Source: Longimicrobiales bacterium (GTDB taxonomy: Bacteria > Gemmatimonadota > Gemmatimonadetes > Longimicrobiales > Gaopeijiaceae). From it: DNA of 64,000 nt. The translations under genes were made by a program, and so were the position numbers. This document shows, piece by piece, positions 63,403 to 64,000 of this stretch (positions within the stretch are counted from its first letter, which is position 1; the number at the start of each line of letters is the position of its first letter). Under the pieces are notes generated by a model. That model was not told where the DNA came from, did not search any database, and saw nothing but the letters and a program-made list of their open reading frames with translations. The stretch is taken from assembly GCA_035464715.1 (NCBI GenBank), contig DATHRY010000059.1, forward strand, positions 1,823-65,822, read 5' to 3'.

Positions 63403-64000
63403 TCAGTCCCCGGCCCCGGGACGGGGTCCGAACAGCGCCGTCCCGATCCGCACCATCGTGCTGCCCTCCTGTACCGCGATCTCCAGGTCGTTCGTCATGC
63501 CCATGGAGAGCACGGCACCGATGTCGGCATCCTGCTTCCGGACGGACTCGGACAGCTCCCGCAGCCGACCGAACGTCCGACGGAGGACGCCCTCGTCCGC
63601 CACGAACGGCGCCATGGTCATCAGTCCCCGCACCCTCAACCCCGGTGTCGTGGCCAGGCGCAGGACCTCGTCCTCGGAAGCGTCCCACGGGACACCACCC
63701 TTGGCCTCCTCGCCCGACGTGTTCACCTGGATGAGCACGTCCGCCGATCCGCCGCCCTCCGACGCCGCCCGGCCCAGCCGGCCCGCCACCGACGTCCGGT
63801 CCACCCCGTGCACCAGATCCGCCAGCCCGACCAGGCGCGCAGCCTTCCGGCTCTGAACGTGCCCGATCATGTGCCAGCGCACGCCCGTGCCGGGGTCCAC
63901 CTCGGCCGCCTTCGACTCGAGCTCCGCGACCCGGTTCTCCCCCAGGTCCCGCAGGCCCGCCTCGATAGCCGCCCGAACGGCCTCGATCGGGTGGCCCTTG
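63403..64000 (-). CDS. yggS: YggS-family PLP homeostasis protein (partial; 5' end beyond the window)
   Basis: WHMIGHVQSRKA, IQVNTSGEEAKGG, LMTMAP, LSMGMTNDLEIAVQEGSTMVRIGTALFG. The reading frame stays open to the window edge. Confidence 0.85.
   Translation of the reverse strand, partial: KGHPIEAVRAAIEAGLRDLGENRVAELESKAAEVDPGTGVRWHMIGHVQSRKAARLVGLADLVHGVDRTSVAGRLGRAASEGGGSADVLIQVNTSGEEAKGGVPWDASEDEVLRLATTPGLRVRGLMTMAPFVADEGVLRRTFGRLRELSESVRKQDADIGAVLSMGMTNDLEIAVQEGSTMVRIGTALFGPRPGAGD

Noticed and set aside
1-64000. CRISPR arrays, IS elements, integrases, prophage or toxin-antitoxin/defence islands.
   Set aside because: I saw no regularly spaced direct repeats, no terminal inverted repeats bracketing a transposase-like ORF, and no compositional (AT-rich) island. 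The tRNA-Val gene has no adjacent integrase.

Overview
This is a 64-kb, very GC-rich (about 70% by eye) bacterial chromosomal segment. It is densely packed with about 57 protein genes, 1 tRNA and 1 likely SRP RNA. I saw no CRISPR array, rRNA, transposase or integrase, and no phage or plasmid hallmarks. Gene content (orphan MacB/FtsX permeases, mglA, divIVA, NtrY-like kinase) suggests a Gemmatimonadota-like or related lineage, but that is inference only.

Because of the GC content, the six-frame track is full of long Gly/Arg/Pro-rich shadow ORFs. I called only frames with recognisable family motifs or membrane or signal-peptide architecture, and re-derived start codons by hand. Thirteen gene junctions are 4-nt ATGA/GTGA overlaps.

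Housekeeping blocks:
- pntAA-pntAB-pntB.
- tolC-like/macA-like plus two permeases.
- iscS-mnmA.
- A long minus-strand array: ffs-dnaX-ybaB-recR ... mglA-pgsA-cinA-hydrolase-grpE-dnaJ.
- glgA.
- yggS-divIVA-ileS-rluD.

Most interesting candidates:
1. 43.6-51.6 kb. A divergent cluster next to glgA that matches no pathway I can name. It holds three paralogous ATP-grasp ligases, a fourth divergent ATP-grasp-like protein, an S51-like protein lacking the expected Ser/His, and two GxSxG esterases.
2. 52.5-58.4 kb. An operon led by a protein made of two tandem DnaA domain-III modules (first intact, second P-loop-dead, no DNA-binding domain IV). It is translationally abutted to a DUF4388/PATAN-TPR protein carrying a tandem MshEN-type c-di-GMP-binding motif pair, followed by an MA-clan peptidase and a sigma54 activator.

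All functional calls rest on motif recognition by eye. No database search was run.
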